A DNA stretch of 64,000 bases from a plasmid: the sequence record NZ_CP010801.1; one strand, given 5' to 3'. A program made the translations under genes and the position numbers. The notes beneath the pieces were generated by a model, which worked only from the letters and a program-made list of their open reading frames with translations, did no database searches and was not told the origin of the DNA. Position 1 is the stretch's first letter, and the number at the start of each line of letters is the position of its first letter. Of this stretch, positions 8,734-16,412 are shown in pieces.

Positions 8734-9720
8734 TCAGGCGACGATCTGGTAACCGGCGATATTCGCTGCTTCGTACATCGCCATGTGCGTGTCATCTTTC
8801 GCACCCACTTCGATGTCCCTCATGCGAAGGCCTTGCGGGTAGCGTTGGATCATCTTTGCCGTTTCGGCCGCAGGGTAGGGCAACGTGCCCTCCGGTACGA
8901 ACGGCATGAGCAGCGTCGTCGCCTCGAGCACCCTTGCTTCGAGCGCGTGCTTGCGGAACGCAGCAATGCGGCTGTGGAAGGTGCCCGGGAGGTGGATTTC
9001 CCCGTCTGCTGCATCCTTCACAAACTGCGCTACAGCCGAGTAGGCGTAGCCGCGATGCACGAGCTTGCCCGGCTCGACTTCCTCATAGAGGTTGTCCGAC
9101 GCCTGAGAGATGCGCACCAGGGGTGCGAACGTCTCGGTTGCCTTCTTACGCGCGCCGTGCGGAAACAGCGAGGCCTGTGCGTCGTAGGGATAGCCAAGCC
9201 TGTCCGGCGCAGACTTGAACACGCGCCACGCCGGGATCCGCTTGGAGCGGACAATGGCGGCAAGCACGTCGAATTCCGCAGGCAACTCGATCTCGATCGT
9301 CTGCCCCTGGTTCCAGGCGCCGCGCCTGGCTTCGTCCAGCGGATCGTCTTGCGACATGGTGTTGTCGAACGCGCGCTCCTCCCCGTCATTCCAGAAGAAC
9401 GGTTTCATCGAGCGGTCCAGGCGCACTGTCGTCGTCGGACAAATGCTGGCCTGCTTCGCTGCGCGTTGCCAGCGCCGGATGTAGCTCTCGGGACGGCAGG
9501 GCCCAGAGCGCGGACGAAACAATCCGCCTTCGCAGCCGGCCGCGTGCGCAAAGATGGTCCGCAGTGCCTCGGGGCGGCGCCCGAAACCAGTGCACGACCA
9601 ATGTGGGTTGTGGGGATAGACGTTGCTTTCGTAGTGCTCTTCCCAGAGCACAAAGGCATTGGTGCGGTCCGCCAGCGGCAGGACTTCGATGTGTTGACGG
9701 GTGAAAATGGTGGCGCCCAT
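8734..9720 (-). CDS. hypothetical protein (328 aa)
   Basis: Minus ORF; start set at MGATIFT, which sits behind the conserved element and a CAGGAGAT RBS. The antisense 403-aa plus ORF is rejected. Confidence 0.45.
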   Translation of the reverse strand: MGATIFTRQHIEVLPLADRTNAFVLWEEHYESNVYPHNPHWSCTGFGRRPEALRTIFAHAAGCEGGLFRPRSGPCRPESYIRRWQRAAKQASICPTTTVRLDRSMKPFFWNDGEERAFDNTMSQDDPLDEARRGAWNQGQTIEIELPAEFDVLAAIVRSKRIPAWRVFKSAPDRLGYPYDAQASLFPHGARKKATETFAPLVRISQASDNLYEEVEPGKLVHRGYAYSAVAQFVKDAADGEIHLPGTFHSRIAAFRKHALEARVLEATTLLMPFVPEGTLPYPAAETAKMIQRYPQGLRMRDIEVGAKDDTHMAMYEAANIAGYQIVA

Positions 9721-9736
9721 GGTGATCTCCTGATGG

Positions 9737-9775
9737 TCCCGGAATGCCCGGGGGTTCAGGAGGTAGTTGTGCGGC
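9737..9775 (-). promoter_or_regulatory. conserved upstream element copy E
   Basis: Gene sense: CGCACAACTACCTCCTGAACCCC + hairpin CCCGGGCATTCCGGG. The upstream CTCCTGA is exactly complementary to the SD region TCAGGAG. Confidence 0.5.
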
Positions 9776-9824
9776 GCAGCCGAAGAAAAACCGCCCACCT
9801 GGAGATCCAGGAGGGCGGTTCGGG

Positions 9825-10199
9825 TCAAGAGCGGTGCCTGAGTAAGACATCGTCCGGCACACAGGCGCAGTGTCCCACCACATCGTCGAAGCTCAGTCGT
9901 GCACAGAAGCCCTTGATGCGCCAGCTTTCAGCCGGAAAGGAGCCAAAGACCTCGGAGTCCGGCGCGAGCCAGCGCATCGCCTGCTCAACCGTCTGAAACC
10001 GCCGGCGGCCGGCGTAACCCAGCTCCTGGTTGATCTCGAAGCCCAGCATCCTGCAACGATCCTTCGAAGGGATGCGCGTGAGGATGTCCAGCAATGGCGA
10101 TTTCGGCACGATGCCCTTCGGCAACTGGCCAGTGGACCGAAAGCGCATGTACTCGGCGGGATGCCGCATCATGCGCTGGATTTGCTTGGTGGTCGCCAT
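9825..10199 (-). CDS. hypothetical protein (124 aa)
   Basis: Start MATTKQIQR behind a GGAGG RBS; the remainder of the ORF-track ORF is an upstream extension. Confidence 0.4.
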   Translation of the reverse strand: MATTKQIQRMMRHPAEYMRFRSTGQLPKGIVPKSPLLDILTRIPSKDRCRMLGFEINQELGYAGRRRFQTVEQAMRWLAPDSEVFGSFPAESWRIKGFCARLSFDDVVGHCACVPDDVLLRHRS

Positions 10200-10200
10200 G

Positions 10201-10389
10201 TCATACCTCCTTTTTCTCGAAGGTGTCATACGGGGCGCCGACGGCATCCAGCAAGTTGCCGTGATCCACGCAGCTGCCGACGCGCTCCCGGATCGCCGCC
10301 GCAAGCTGCTGCGGTGTCACATCGCTCGCGTCTTCGGTCTGCGAATCGATTTCGAACGTAATGGCGTAAGCGTGGGTGTAGGTCGCCAT
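10201..10389 (-). CDS. hypothetical small acidic protein (62 aa)
   Basis: Small ORF (MATYTHAYAITFEID...) tightly packed between its neighbours. Confidence 0.3.
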   Translation of the reverse strand: MATYTHAYAITFEIDSQTEDASDVTPQQLAAAIRERVGSCVDHGNLLDAVGAPYDTFEKKEV

Positions 10390-10390
10390 G

Positions 10391-10633
10391 TCAGCATCCC
10401 TCCATGACCGGCAGGACCGTCTCGACCCACCAGGCACCGTTGGCGTCCAGGCGCAAGACGTGCAGGCTCGGCTTGCCATCGATCAGAATGGGAAGGCTGA
10501 TGTGGCCGCCATTGATGCTTTCGATGGTCAGGTGCACGGGGAGTCCCTGCGCGTTATCGGCGATGGCCGACATCAGCTTCACCGCTTGCTGCTGCTTAAG
10601 GCGGATCTGAATTTCGGACTTGTTGTTGCTCAT
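10391..10633 (-). CDS. hypothetical protein (80 aa)
   Basis: Start MSNNKSEIQ lies directly behind the element and an AGGAGAG RBS. Confidence 0.4.
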   Translation of the reverse strand: MSNNKSEIQIRLKQQQAVKLMSAIADNAQGLPVHLTIESINGGHISLPILIDGKPSLHVLRLDANGAWWVETVLPVMEGC

Positions 10634-10650
10634 CAATCTCTCCTGAAGGG

Positions 10651-10688
10651 CCGGCGGAATGCCGGTGTTCGGGAGTAGTTGCGTCGTA
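10651..10688 (-). promoter_or_regulatory. conserved upstream element copy F
   Basis: Gene sense: CGACGCAACTACTCCCGAACACC + hairpin CCGGCATTCCGCCGG, then TTCAGGAGAG and the ATG at 10633. Confidence 0.5.
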
Positions 10689-10694
10689 TGGCTG

Positions 10695-10738
10695 AAAGAA
10701 ATCCCCCGGCAGCGTGATGCTGCTCGGGGGAGTGGTGA
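10695..10738 (-). terminator. rho-independent terminator (minus strand)
   Basis: Minus strand: CCCCCGAGCAGCATCACGCTGCCGGGGG followed by ATTTCTTTC; lies 3' of gene 10740-11528. Confidence 0.55.
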
Positions 10739-10739
10739 A

Positions 10740-11528
10740 TCAAGCGTTCTGTGCGGAATTCGCGGGCGCCCGGCGGTTCTCTTCAGTGAAGATGACTGCA
10801 CGCTCATTCGCATGTTCCAGAAGGCCAAGCCAGCCTTCGTCTCCAGTCAGCGAACGATGCTGATCGTGCTGGCCATCGTTGCCCGAGATGTGGATCTCGA
10901 TGCAAAGCGGGTTGGCAAGCAGATCGCGCACCAGGCCCTCGTCCCAGCAGCCCGACTTGTGCGCCAGTATTTGCAGGTGCGACAGATCCAGGGCGTAAGG
11001 GATCCCGCTCTCGGCCAGCGCCGCGTATTCCGCCCAGGTGGCCACGAGATAGTGCTCGTCGCCGACCGGGTGGGGCCCGCGCGGGTACATGCCCTCGATA
11101 CCAACGTCGCAGCCCATGATGTCGGATAGGACGTCGACGTTGCGCGCCAGGTCGTACAGCGTTGCATTGCGGCGCAGTCCGGCGTGGACCGTGTATGCGC
11201 AGGCCCCCATCGCCCGGCTGACCTTGCCCAATTCGACGTAGTAATCCATGTGCCGGTTGAGCGTGCTCAGGTCTGCCAACGATGTCCACCCCGCCACGCG
11301 TGCGTTGGCGTGCAGCCGAAACCGCGTATTCGGGTAGGCAGCTGCCAGCGCCCTGGCCGATTCCACGTCCAGCGTGCCCGCGTTCTGCGGACAGATCTGA
11401 ACGTGGTCAAGCCGGATCACTCCGGCATCAGCCAGTGACTGGGCCGCCTGCATCGCCTGCGCCACCGAAAACCCGGGAAAGGCCCCGAGCGCCAGGTTGG
11501 GCGTGACTGTGCAGAGGGCGGCGCTCAT
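10740..11528 (-). CDS. xylose-isomerase-like TIM-barrel (AP endonuclease family 2 / sugar-phosphate isomerase-epimerase fold) protein
   Basis: C-terminal HISGNDGQHDQHRSLTGDEGWLG parallels the Endo IV / Xyl-isomerase-like metal-site motif H-x-NDs...D-x-H-SLGeG. A YTVHAG segment and LDLSHLQILAH (compare CLDTCHAF) are also present. Length 262 aa. Confidence 0.5.
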   Translation of the reverse strand: MSAALCTVTPNLALGAFPGFSVAQAMQAAQSLADAGVIRLDHVQICPQNAGTLDVESARALAAAYPNTRFRLHANARVAGWTSLADLSTLNRHMDYYVELGKVSRAMGACAYTVHAGLRRNATLYDLARNVDVLSDIMGCDVGIEGMYPRGPHPVGDEHYLVATWAEYAALAESGIPYALDLSHLQILAHKSGCWDEGLVRDLLANPLCIEIHISGNDGQHDQHRSLTGDEGWLGLLEHANERAVIFTEENRRAPANSAQNA

Positions 11529-12076
11529 TGTTCTGCCCCCGCGGTGGCAGCCTCCTCGACTCCGAACAACTCGTCCGGCTCATACTCCGTCGTATCCGAT
11601 TCCGTGTAGTACACGGTATGTACGAAGGACAGGAGCTTGCCGGTCTGCAGGTCAAAGTAGGCCTCGCCGCTGCCGCCATCGCCGTTTTCCCAGCCGGAGC
11701 GGTCAGTCAGCTCGATTAGGTTATTGAGGATGTGCTCTGCTGCGTCTTCAACTGACATCGTTTTCTGCGCGACAGTTGTTTGCGCTCCGTAATTGCCCGC
11801 AGCGTCAAAGGTGTAGCAGGTTGAGCAAACCGTCATCTCGCACTGCGCCTGGACGATCGCGTCAGACAGAGGGTGGAGCGCACCCTCATTACCCACGACG
11901 GTCACCTCTTCGATGCCGCCGCTGTCGCCGCCGCCCGAATAGAAGATCTTCAGTTGTGCAGCTGCCGGTTGGCCATCTTCGCCGATGACCGCGCCGGTCA
12001 GCCGACGCACCGCTTCTGCTGTCGAGAGCGCTGCGATGTTCGAGAGGATGATTTGCTTCAGTTCGGTGTTGCCCAC
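11525..12076 (-). CDS. hypothetical acidic protein (183 aa)
   Basis: GTG start 7 nt after an AAGGAG RBS (alternative TTG at 12094); ATGA overlap with the downstream TIM-barrel gene; acidic tail VEEAATAGAEQ. Confidence 0.4.
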   Translation of the reverse strand: MGNTELKQIILSNIAALSTAEAVRRLTGAVIGEDGQPAAAQLKIFYSGGGDSGGIEEVTVVGNEGALHPLSDAIVQAQCEMTVCSTCYTFDAAGNYGAQTTVAQKTMSVEDAAEHILNNLIELTDRSGWENGDGGSGEAYFDLQTGKLLSFVHTVYYTESDTTEYEPDELFGVEEAATAGAEQ

Positions 12077-12096
12077 GAAAAACTCCTTGCTCAAGT

Positions 12097-12132
12097 CCCG
12101 GGAAATCCGGGGGTTCCCAAGTAGTTGCTTTG
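12097..12132 (-). promoter_or_regulatory. conserved upstream element copy G
   Basis: Gene sense: CAAAGCAACTACTTGGGAACCCC + hairpin CCCGGATTTCCCGGG, then the AAGGAG RBS. Confidence 0.45.
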
Positions 12133-12261
12133 GGCCGAGCGTAAAAAGCGGACGCGTCGATGCTGCTCAGGGCGGATGCCCAAAATTCAAGCAGCCCAGT
12201 CGAACCCGCCTGCGGCGCGGGTCTTGCTTCTCGTGGGGGCCACTTGTTCGCCAAAACTGTG

Positions 12262-12294
12262 GATAAATATTGTTCTTTTGTTGCGCGTGTTTAT
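12262..12294 (+). promoter_or_regulatory. sigma70-type promoter candidate for dnaB
   Basis: TTGTTG ... 17 nt ... TATAAT (12289-12294) inside an AT-rich patch; very short leader before the ATG at 12305. Confidence 0.35.
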
Positions 12295-12304
12295 AATTCC
12301 GTGA

Positions 12305-13693
12305 ATGAACACATCGCGCGACTTCCAACTCGATGCATTGAAGGTTCCGCCGCATTCGGTGGAAGCCGAACAATCAGTTCTTGGCGGCCTGCTACTGGAC
12401 AACGCTGCCTGGGACCGCATTGCCGACTTCATCAATGAGCAGGACTTCTACCGGCACGACCACCGGCTGATCTTCCACAACATTGGACGGCTGATCGGGC
12501 AGGCCAAGCCGGCGGACGTCGTCACCGTCTTCGAGATGCTGCAGGCCGCAGGCAAGGCTGAGGATGTGGGCGGTCTGCCATATCTGAATGCGCTCGCTCA
12601 GAACACGCCCAGTGCGGCCAACATTCGCCGCTACGCCGAGATCGTGCGCGATCGCAGCGTCTTGCGCCGCTTGGTGACCGTGGCGGATGAGATCTCCGCC
12701 GGCGCCTTCAACCTGCAGGGGCGCGACGTGCGCCAGCTGCTGGACGAGGCCGAGACCAAGGTGTTCTCAATCGCCGAAGAGGGTTCGCGCGGGCAGAAGG
12801 GCTTCCTTGAGATCCAGCCATTGCTCACGCAGGTGGTCGAGCGAATTGACGATCTCTACCATCGCGACAGTCAGACCGACATCACGGGTGTCGCCACTGG
12901 CTTTGTCGATCTCGATCGGATGACCAGCGGCATGCAGCCGGGTGACCTCATCATCGTGGCCGGACGCCCATCCATGGGAAAAACCGCCCTGGCGCTCAAT
13001 ATCGGCGAGCACGTGGCGGTCGACCAAGGCCTGCCAGTTGCCGTGTTCTCGATGGAGATGGCGGGCACGCAGCTGGCCATGCGTATGCTGGGATCTGTCG
13101 GCCGGTTGGATCAGCACCGGCTGCGTACCGGCCGGCTGCGTGACGATGACTGGCCCCGCCTGACGCACGCCATCAGCAAAATGAGTGACGCTCAGCTGTT
13201 CATCGATGAGACCCCCGCGCTCAACCCAATGGAGTTGCGCGCGCGGGCCCGGCGCCTGGCGCGCCAGAGCGGCCAACTCGGCCTGATCATCATCGACTAC
13301 CTGCAGCTGATGTCGGGATCGTCTAATGGCGAGAACCGCGCAACTGAGATCTCGGAAATCTCCCGTTCCCTCAAGAGCCTGGCCAAGGAGCTCAACTGTC
13401 CAGTGATCGCCTTGTCGCAGCTGAACCGCAGCCTTGAGCAGCGGCCGAATAAGCGGCCGGTCATGTCGGATCTACGTGAGTCCGGGGCCATCGAGCAGGA
13501 CGCCGATGTCATCCTCTTCATCTACCGCGATCAGGTGTACAACCCGGACTCCCAGGACAAGGGCACCGCCGAAATCATCATCGGCAAACAGCGCAACGGC
13601 CCCATCGGCACCGTACGCCTCACGTTCCTGGGCGAACATACCAAGTTCGAGAACTTCGCAGGTCGGAACGCGTTCGAGGACGCGGAGTCCTGA
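12305..13693 (+). CDS. dnaB: replicative DNA helicase DnaB
   Basis: LKVPPHSVEAEQSVLGGLLLDN, NTPSAANI, Walker A GRPSMGKTALAL, IIIDYLQLM, SDLRESGAIEQDADVI and GKQRNGPIGTV match DnaB family motifs throughout; 462 aa. Confidence 0.85.
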   Translation: MNTSRDFQLDALKVPPHSVEAEQSVLGGLLLDNAAWDRIADFINEQDFYRHDHRLIFHNIGRLIGQAKPADVVTVFEMLQAAGKAEDVGGLPYLNALAQNTPSAANIRRYAEIVRDRSVLRRLVTVADEISAGAFNLQGRDVRQLLDEAETKVFSIAEEGSRGQKGFLEIQPLLTQVVERIDDLYHRDSQTDITGVATGFVDLDRMTSGMQPGDLIIVAGRPSMGKTALALNIGEHVAVDQGLPVAVFSMEMAGTQLAMRMLGSVGRLDQHRLRTGRLRDDDWPRLTHAISKMSDAQLFIDETPALNPMELRARARRLARQSGQLGLIIIDYLQLMSGSSNGENRATEISEISRSLKSLAKELNCPVIALSQLNRSLEQRPNKRPVMSDLRESGAIEQDADVILFIYRDQVYNPDSQDKGTAEIIIGKQRNGPIGTVRLTFLGEHTKFENFAGRNAFEDAES

Positions 13694-13769
13694 TTCACAG
13701 GACCCCAGAGCCGCAAGCGCGGCTCGCGCGCGCCGCGGCGGGCATTTTCGATTGACGGGAGACCCGAAA

Positions 13770-13826
13770 GAGAAAACCCGCCGGAGTCTTGCGACTCTCG
13801 GCGGGTGATGTGGTGTGCAAAATTCA
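13770..13826 (-). terminator. terminator (minus strand), one of two related copies
   Basis: Minus strand: CACCCGCCGAGAGTCGCAAGACTCCGGCGGGTTTTCTCTTTCGGG. Near-identical unit at 14508-14562. Plus-strand form is GAAAACCCGCCGG-GTCT...CGGCGGGTG-TGTGGTGT. Confidence 0.5.
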
Positions 13827-13831
13827 GCGGT

Positions 13832-14007
13832 CAGGCAATGTGCGCCGACTTGCGGTCTTCCCGCGATTCCTGGGAGCGATGCAGCGCAATCTCCCTATCC
13901 GTGCGGCGCAACTCAGCGCGGATTCCCTTGAATGCCCCGGTGAGCGGCGCGAAGTACATCCGCAAGCTGTCGCGAAACACTCGACGAACATTGATCTGGG
14001 ATTTCAT
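13832..14007 (-). CDS. hypothetical small basic protein (~58 aa)
   Basis: MKSQINVRRVFRDSLRMYFAPLTG...; its ATG overlaps the stop of the upstream gene (ATGA coupling). Confidence 0.3.
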
Positions 14008-14258
14008 TTGAACATCTCCTTGACCAGCCCAACACTCGTTCGCCCCAAATAGAGAGCGAACAGCGTCAGGTCAAGCAAAAGCATAGCATGTGCCGTCAAC
14101 TCGATGGCTTTGTGGGTAAATTCACTGACATGCAATGCAGCCACCCAGGCCGCTGCAAGGTCAAGACCCACCGCAATTCCGCCGAGCACCAGGAAAATCG
14201 TAGTCCCGAAAAGCATGTGCAGCAACTGCTCTTTGACCAATCCATTGTGATTCGTCAT
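14004..14258 (-). CDS. small membrane protein (84 aa, two predicted TM helices; holin-sized)
   Basis: MTNHNGLVKEQLLHMLFGTTIFLVLGGIAVGLDLAAAWVAALHV... behind a GGGAGGTG RBS; hydrophobic segments. Confidence 0.4.
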   Translation of the reverse strand: MTNHNGLVKEQLLHMLFGTTIFLVLGGIAVGLDLAAAWVAALHVSEFTHKAIELTAHAMLLLDLTLFALYLGRTSVGLVKEMFK

Positions 14259-14314
14259 TGTGCGTAGCACCTCCCTCTTGCCCCAATTGCCGCCCCGGGA
14301 TGGGATGGCCTCTT

Positions 14315-14336
14315 GGGTTCGCAAGTGGTTGTTGCG
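14315..14336 (-). promoter_or_regulatory. conserved upstream element copy H (box only; hairpin divergent)
   Basis: Gene sense: CGCAACAACCACTTGCGAACCC, ~55 nt upstream of the ATG at 14258. Confidence 0.4.
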
Positions 14337-14507
14337 TACGGGGAAGAGAAAAACGGCATGTCGGCCTGGGATGAGGCCATGCCAAGATCCGGCTACCCCC
14401 CCGATGATGGGCTATGGGTAATGAAAGCCGCGCCGCTTATGCGATTTGGTAATTTAGTGTCAGGCAGTTCTTGGTACGTTGACCAAGACGTCCCGCACGG
14501 TCCCGTA

Positions 14508-14562
14508 AAACGAAAACCCGCCGGCGTCTGATGACGCGAGGCGGGTGTGGTGTACAGATTTG
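14508..14562 (-). terminator. terminator (minus strand), second copy of the 13770 unit
   Basis: Minus strand: CACACCCGCCTCGCGTCATCAGACGCCGGCGGGTTTTCGTTTTAC. Confidence 0.5.
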
Positions 14563-14567
14563 CGATC

Positions 14568-14700
14568 AGTGCTTGCGGCCAAATTCCATTCCGGCCTGCC
14601 ATGCCCCCTTCAGCATGGCAATCATGCCGGCTGGGGTCTCTGTGAAGCCTTGCCAGAAGGCTTTTGATCCGATCTTGATCAGTTCGAGCGTTGTGTCCAT
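14568..14700 (-). CDS. hypothetical small protein (43 aa)
   Basis: MDTTLELIKIGSKAFWQGFTETPAGMIAMLKGAWQAGMEFGRKH with a TGGAGTG RBS; lies between a hairpin and the terminator. Confidence 0.3.
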
Positions 14701-14749
14701 GGATCACTCCAAGGGGATACGCGGGGCATCCCCGATAAATTAGGCGAGT

Positions 14750-15025
14750 TCACGCCTCGTCGAGGATGTTTTTGATTTCCTTGATAGCTTTGGCACCACT
14801 CAAAATGACCCAGCTCATGCTGACATAGAAGTCCGCACCGAAGGCAATCGCTTCCAGGGCATCCACGAACAGCAAGTAAGCGCTCGGCAAGCCGTTAGCA
14901 ATTGCGTGCCCCAGAAAGTGCAGCCCGCGCACGCCTCCCAGCATGATTGCGAAGACCACCAAGGCCCCGACACTGTCGCCAAAAAATACTAAGGCAACCC
15001 TCCAAAGTTGGTTGAATTTCTTCAT
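14750..15025 (-). CDS. small membrane protein (91 aa, 2-3 TM helices; holin-sized)
   Basis: MKKFNQLWRVALVFFGDSVGALVVFAIMLGGVRGLHFLGHAIANGLPSAYLLFV...; RBS GGGTGGAGAA. Confidence 0.45.
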   Translation of the reverse strand: MKKFNQLWRVALVFFGDSVGALVVFAIMLGGVRGLHFLGHAIANGLPSAYLLFVDALEAIAFGADFYVSMSWVILSGAKAIKEIKNILDEA

Positions 15026-15056
15026 TTCTCCACCCGTTCAAAGTTATGTTTTGTCT

Positions 15057-15105
15057 GGCATCCCCCCATGGGACGCCGATAATGGTTCGAGAGTGGTTGT
15101 CGAAC
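15057..15105 (-). promoter_or_regulatory. conserved upstream element copy I
   Basis: Gene sense: GTTCGACAACCACTCTCGAACC followed by the perfect 9-bp-arm hairpin GGCGTCCCATGGGGGGATGCC, then the RBS. Confidence 0.45.
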
Positions 15106-15109
15106 AGTA

Positions 15110-15730
15110 GAGGGAAAAAACCAGCCGGCCAGCAAAGGCAGGCACCGCGCAGGCGCGGGTAAGGTCGGCACCATCGGTGACGACCGGCGCGCTCGGGCGC
15201 CAGATCACGCACAAGAGAGGGGAGAGGGAAGGGTGTCCCCCAACCACATCGCAGGCCGCCCGAAGGGCGTGCGCGCGCAGCGCGTCTCGCCCGCAGGGCG
15301 TTTTGAAGCGAGCGGAGCGAGCGCCCCATCGGCGCAGCCGGAACAATCGGCACAGCCGAAGCGATGGCGCCCAGCGCCTCCCCTTGGCGCGCATGCGCCT
15401 TTTCTGCCCCCCGCCCGAAGGGCGTCGGGGGGGCTAAGGGTGCCGCAGTGCGCTGTGTGTGGGGGGTTTCAGGACAGGCGGGGAGGCCGAATGGCGCTTC
15501 GCCAGTGGGGGCCTTCATGTGCCAGCTGAGAAGTGGGCTGCAAGTATGCCCGCGTGGTGGCGGCGCCGGAGACCGGCAATCATTCGAAGCGAGATAGGAA
15601 ACCCATGCGCGGGTCAAGGAAGCCTTGCGTTGGCTGCCAGCTTTATTCAGGCCGTCATGCAGGCAATCTGGCACCTCTCTCCCGAGCAGAGCGGCGGGGC
15701 GTTGCGCATCGGGAGAAAGGCCGGCTCGCT
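15110..15730. repeat. ~600-bp GC-rich noncoding stretch with REP-like hairpins
   Basis: No coherent ORF in either strand (all frames are low-complexity Arg/Pro/Ala). Repeated CGCCCGAAGGGCG hairpins near 15258 and 15410, plus G and C runs. Confidence 0.3.
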
Positions 15731-15731
15731 A

Positions 15732-16295
15732 TCAGTAGGGTGCGCCGCCGCTGCCCGTCATTTTGGCGGCCTCAGGGAACGTGGTTACGTATCCCGGCTG
15801 GCCAGGAAGCGGCAGAGCAGCTGGTGCCTCAGGCTGTGCAACGCGCGACGTGACCGGATAGTTGAGCGCAGCAGGACTGGGCGCCTGTGAAACGCTATTT
15901 ACTGGGGCCGGTGCTTGATCAGGAGCCTCATGGTCCATCAAATTCTGCACGGCAATGATCGACGCGCGTTTGACCAACACCGCGCGATCACGGTTTGGGC
16001 CCAGGGAGACACCTGAGTATCGCGTGGTGACAGGTCTAGTCGCGTCAGAGTTCTTCATCACTGGCGACACGTATGCGATTGCTGTCGTGACGGCCTGTTC
16101 TGGGAATGAAAACTGGTTGTTGAAGACCACAATCTCGTATTTGCCGTGCGGATACCTGTGGCAAAACTCCTCCGTCACGACTTCCCTAAACCATGATGAA
16201 TCGCCCTCGCCATAGACTTGGACCATATACCGACATGCCTGTGCCGAGATGGGCGCGAGGAGCGCCAGAGCCAACGGTGCCAATTTTTTGAGCAT
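15732..16295 (-). CDS. exported Pro-rich protein (187 aa)
   Basis: Signal peptide MLKKLAPLALALLAPISAQA; C-terminal Pro/Ala-rich region. Confidence 0.5.
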   Translation of the reverse strand: MLKKLAPLALALLAPISAQACRYMVQVYGEGDSSWFREVVTEEFCHRYPHGKYEIVVFNNQFSFPEQAVTTAIAYVSPVMKNSDATRPVTTRYSGVSLGPNRDRAVLVKRASIIAVQNLMDHEAPDQAPAPVNSVSQAPSPAALNYPVTSRVAQPEAPAALPLPGQPGYVTTFPEAAKMTGSGGAPY

Positions 16296-16412
16296 TGAAT
16301 TTTCCTGTTTCGATCGTTGATGGAGACTAACGCTCCAATGGCGACAACCTGGCGGCTAAAGCGCCGAGCACGAATCCACTGACTGCTATCGTAAAGTTGT
16401 CAACGCTTCATT

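Noticed and set aside
8785-9996. 403-aa plus-strand ORF antisense to gene 8734-9720
   Set aside because: Low-complexity translation and no RBS. The minus-strand gene has the element, an RBS and a coherent sequence.
12305-13693. Chromosomal dnaB in its usual ribosomal-protein neighbourhood
   Set aside because: Neighbours are element-type hypothetical genes and terminators, not rpsF-priB-rpsR-rplI. It is treated as an element-borne DnaB, although the protein itself looks fully canonical.
15110-15730. tmRNA, RNase P RNA or group II intron in the GC-rich gap
   Set aside because: No tag-peptide reading frame, no RNase P conserved regions, and no GUGYG start or domain V motif were visible.
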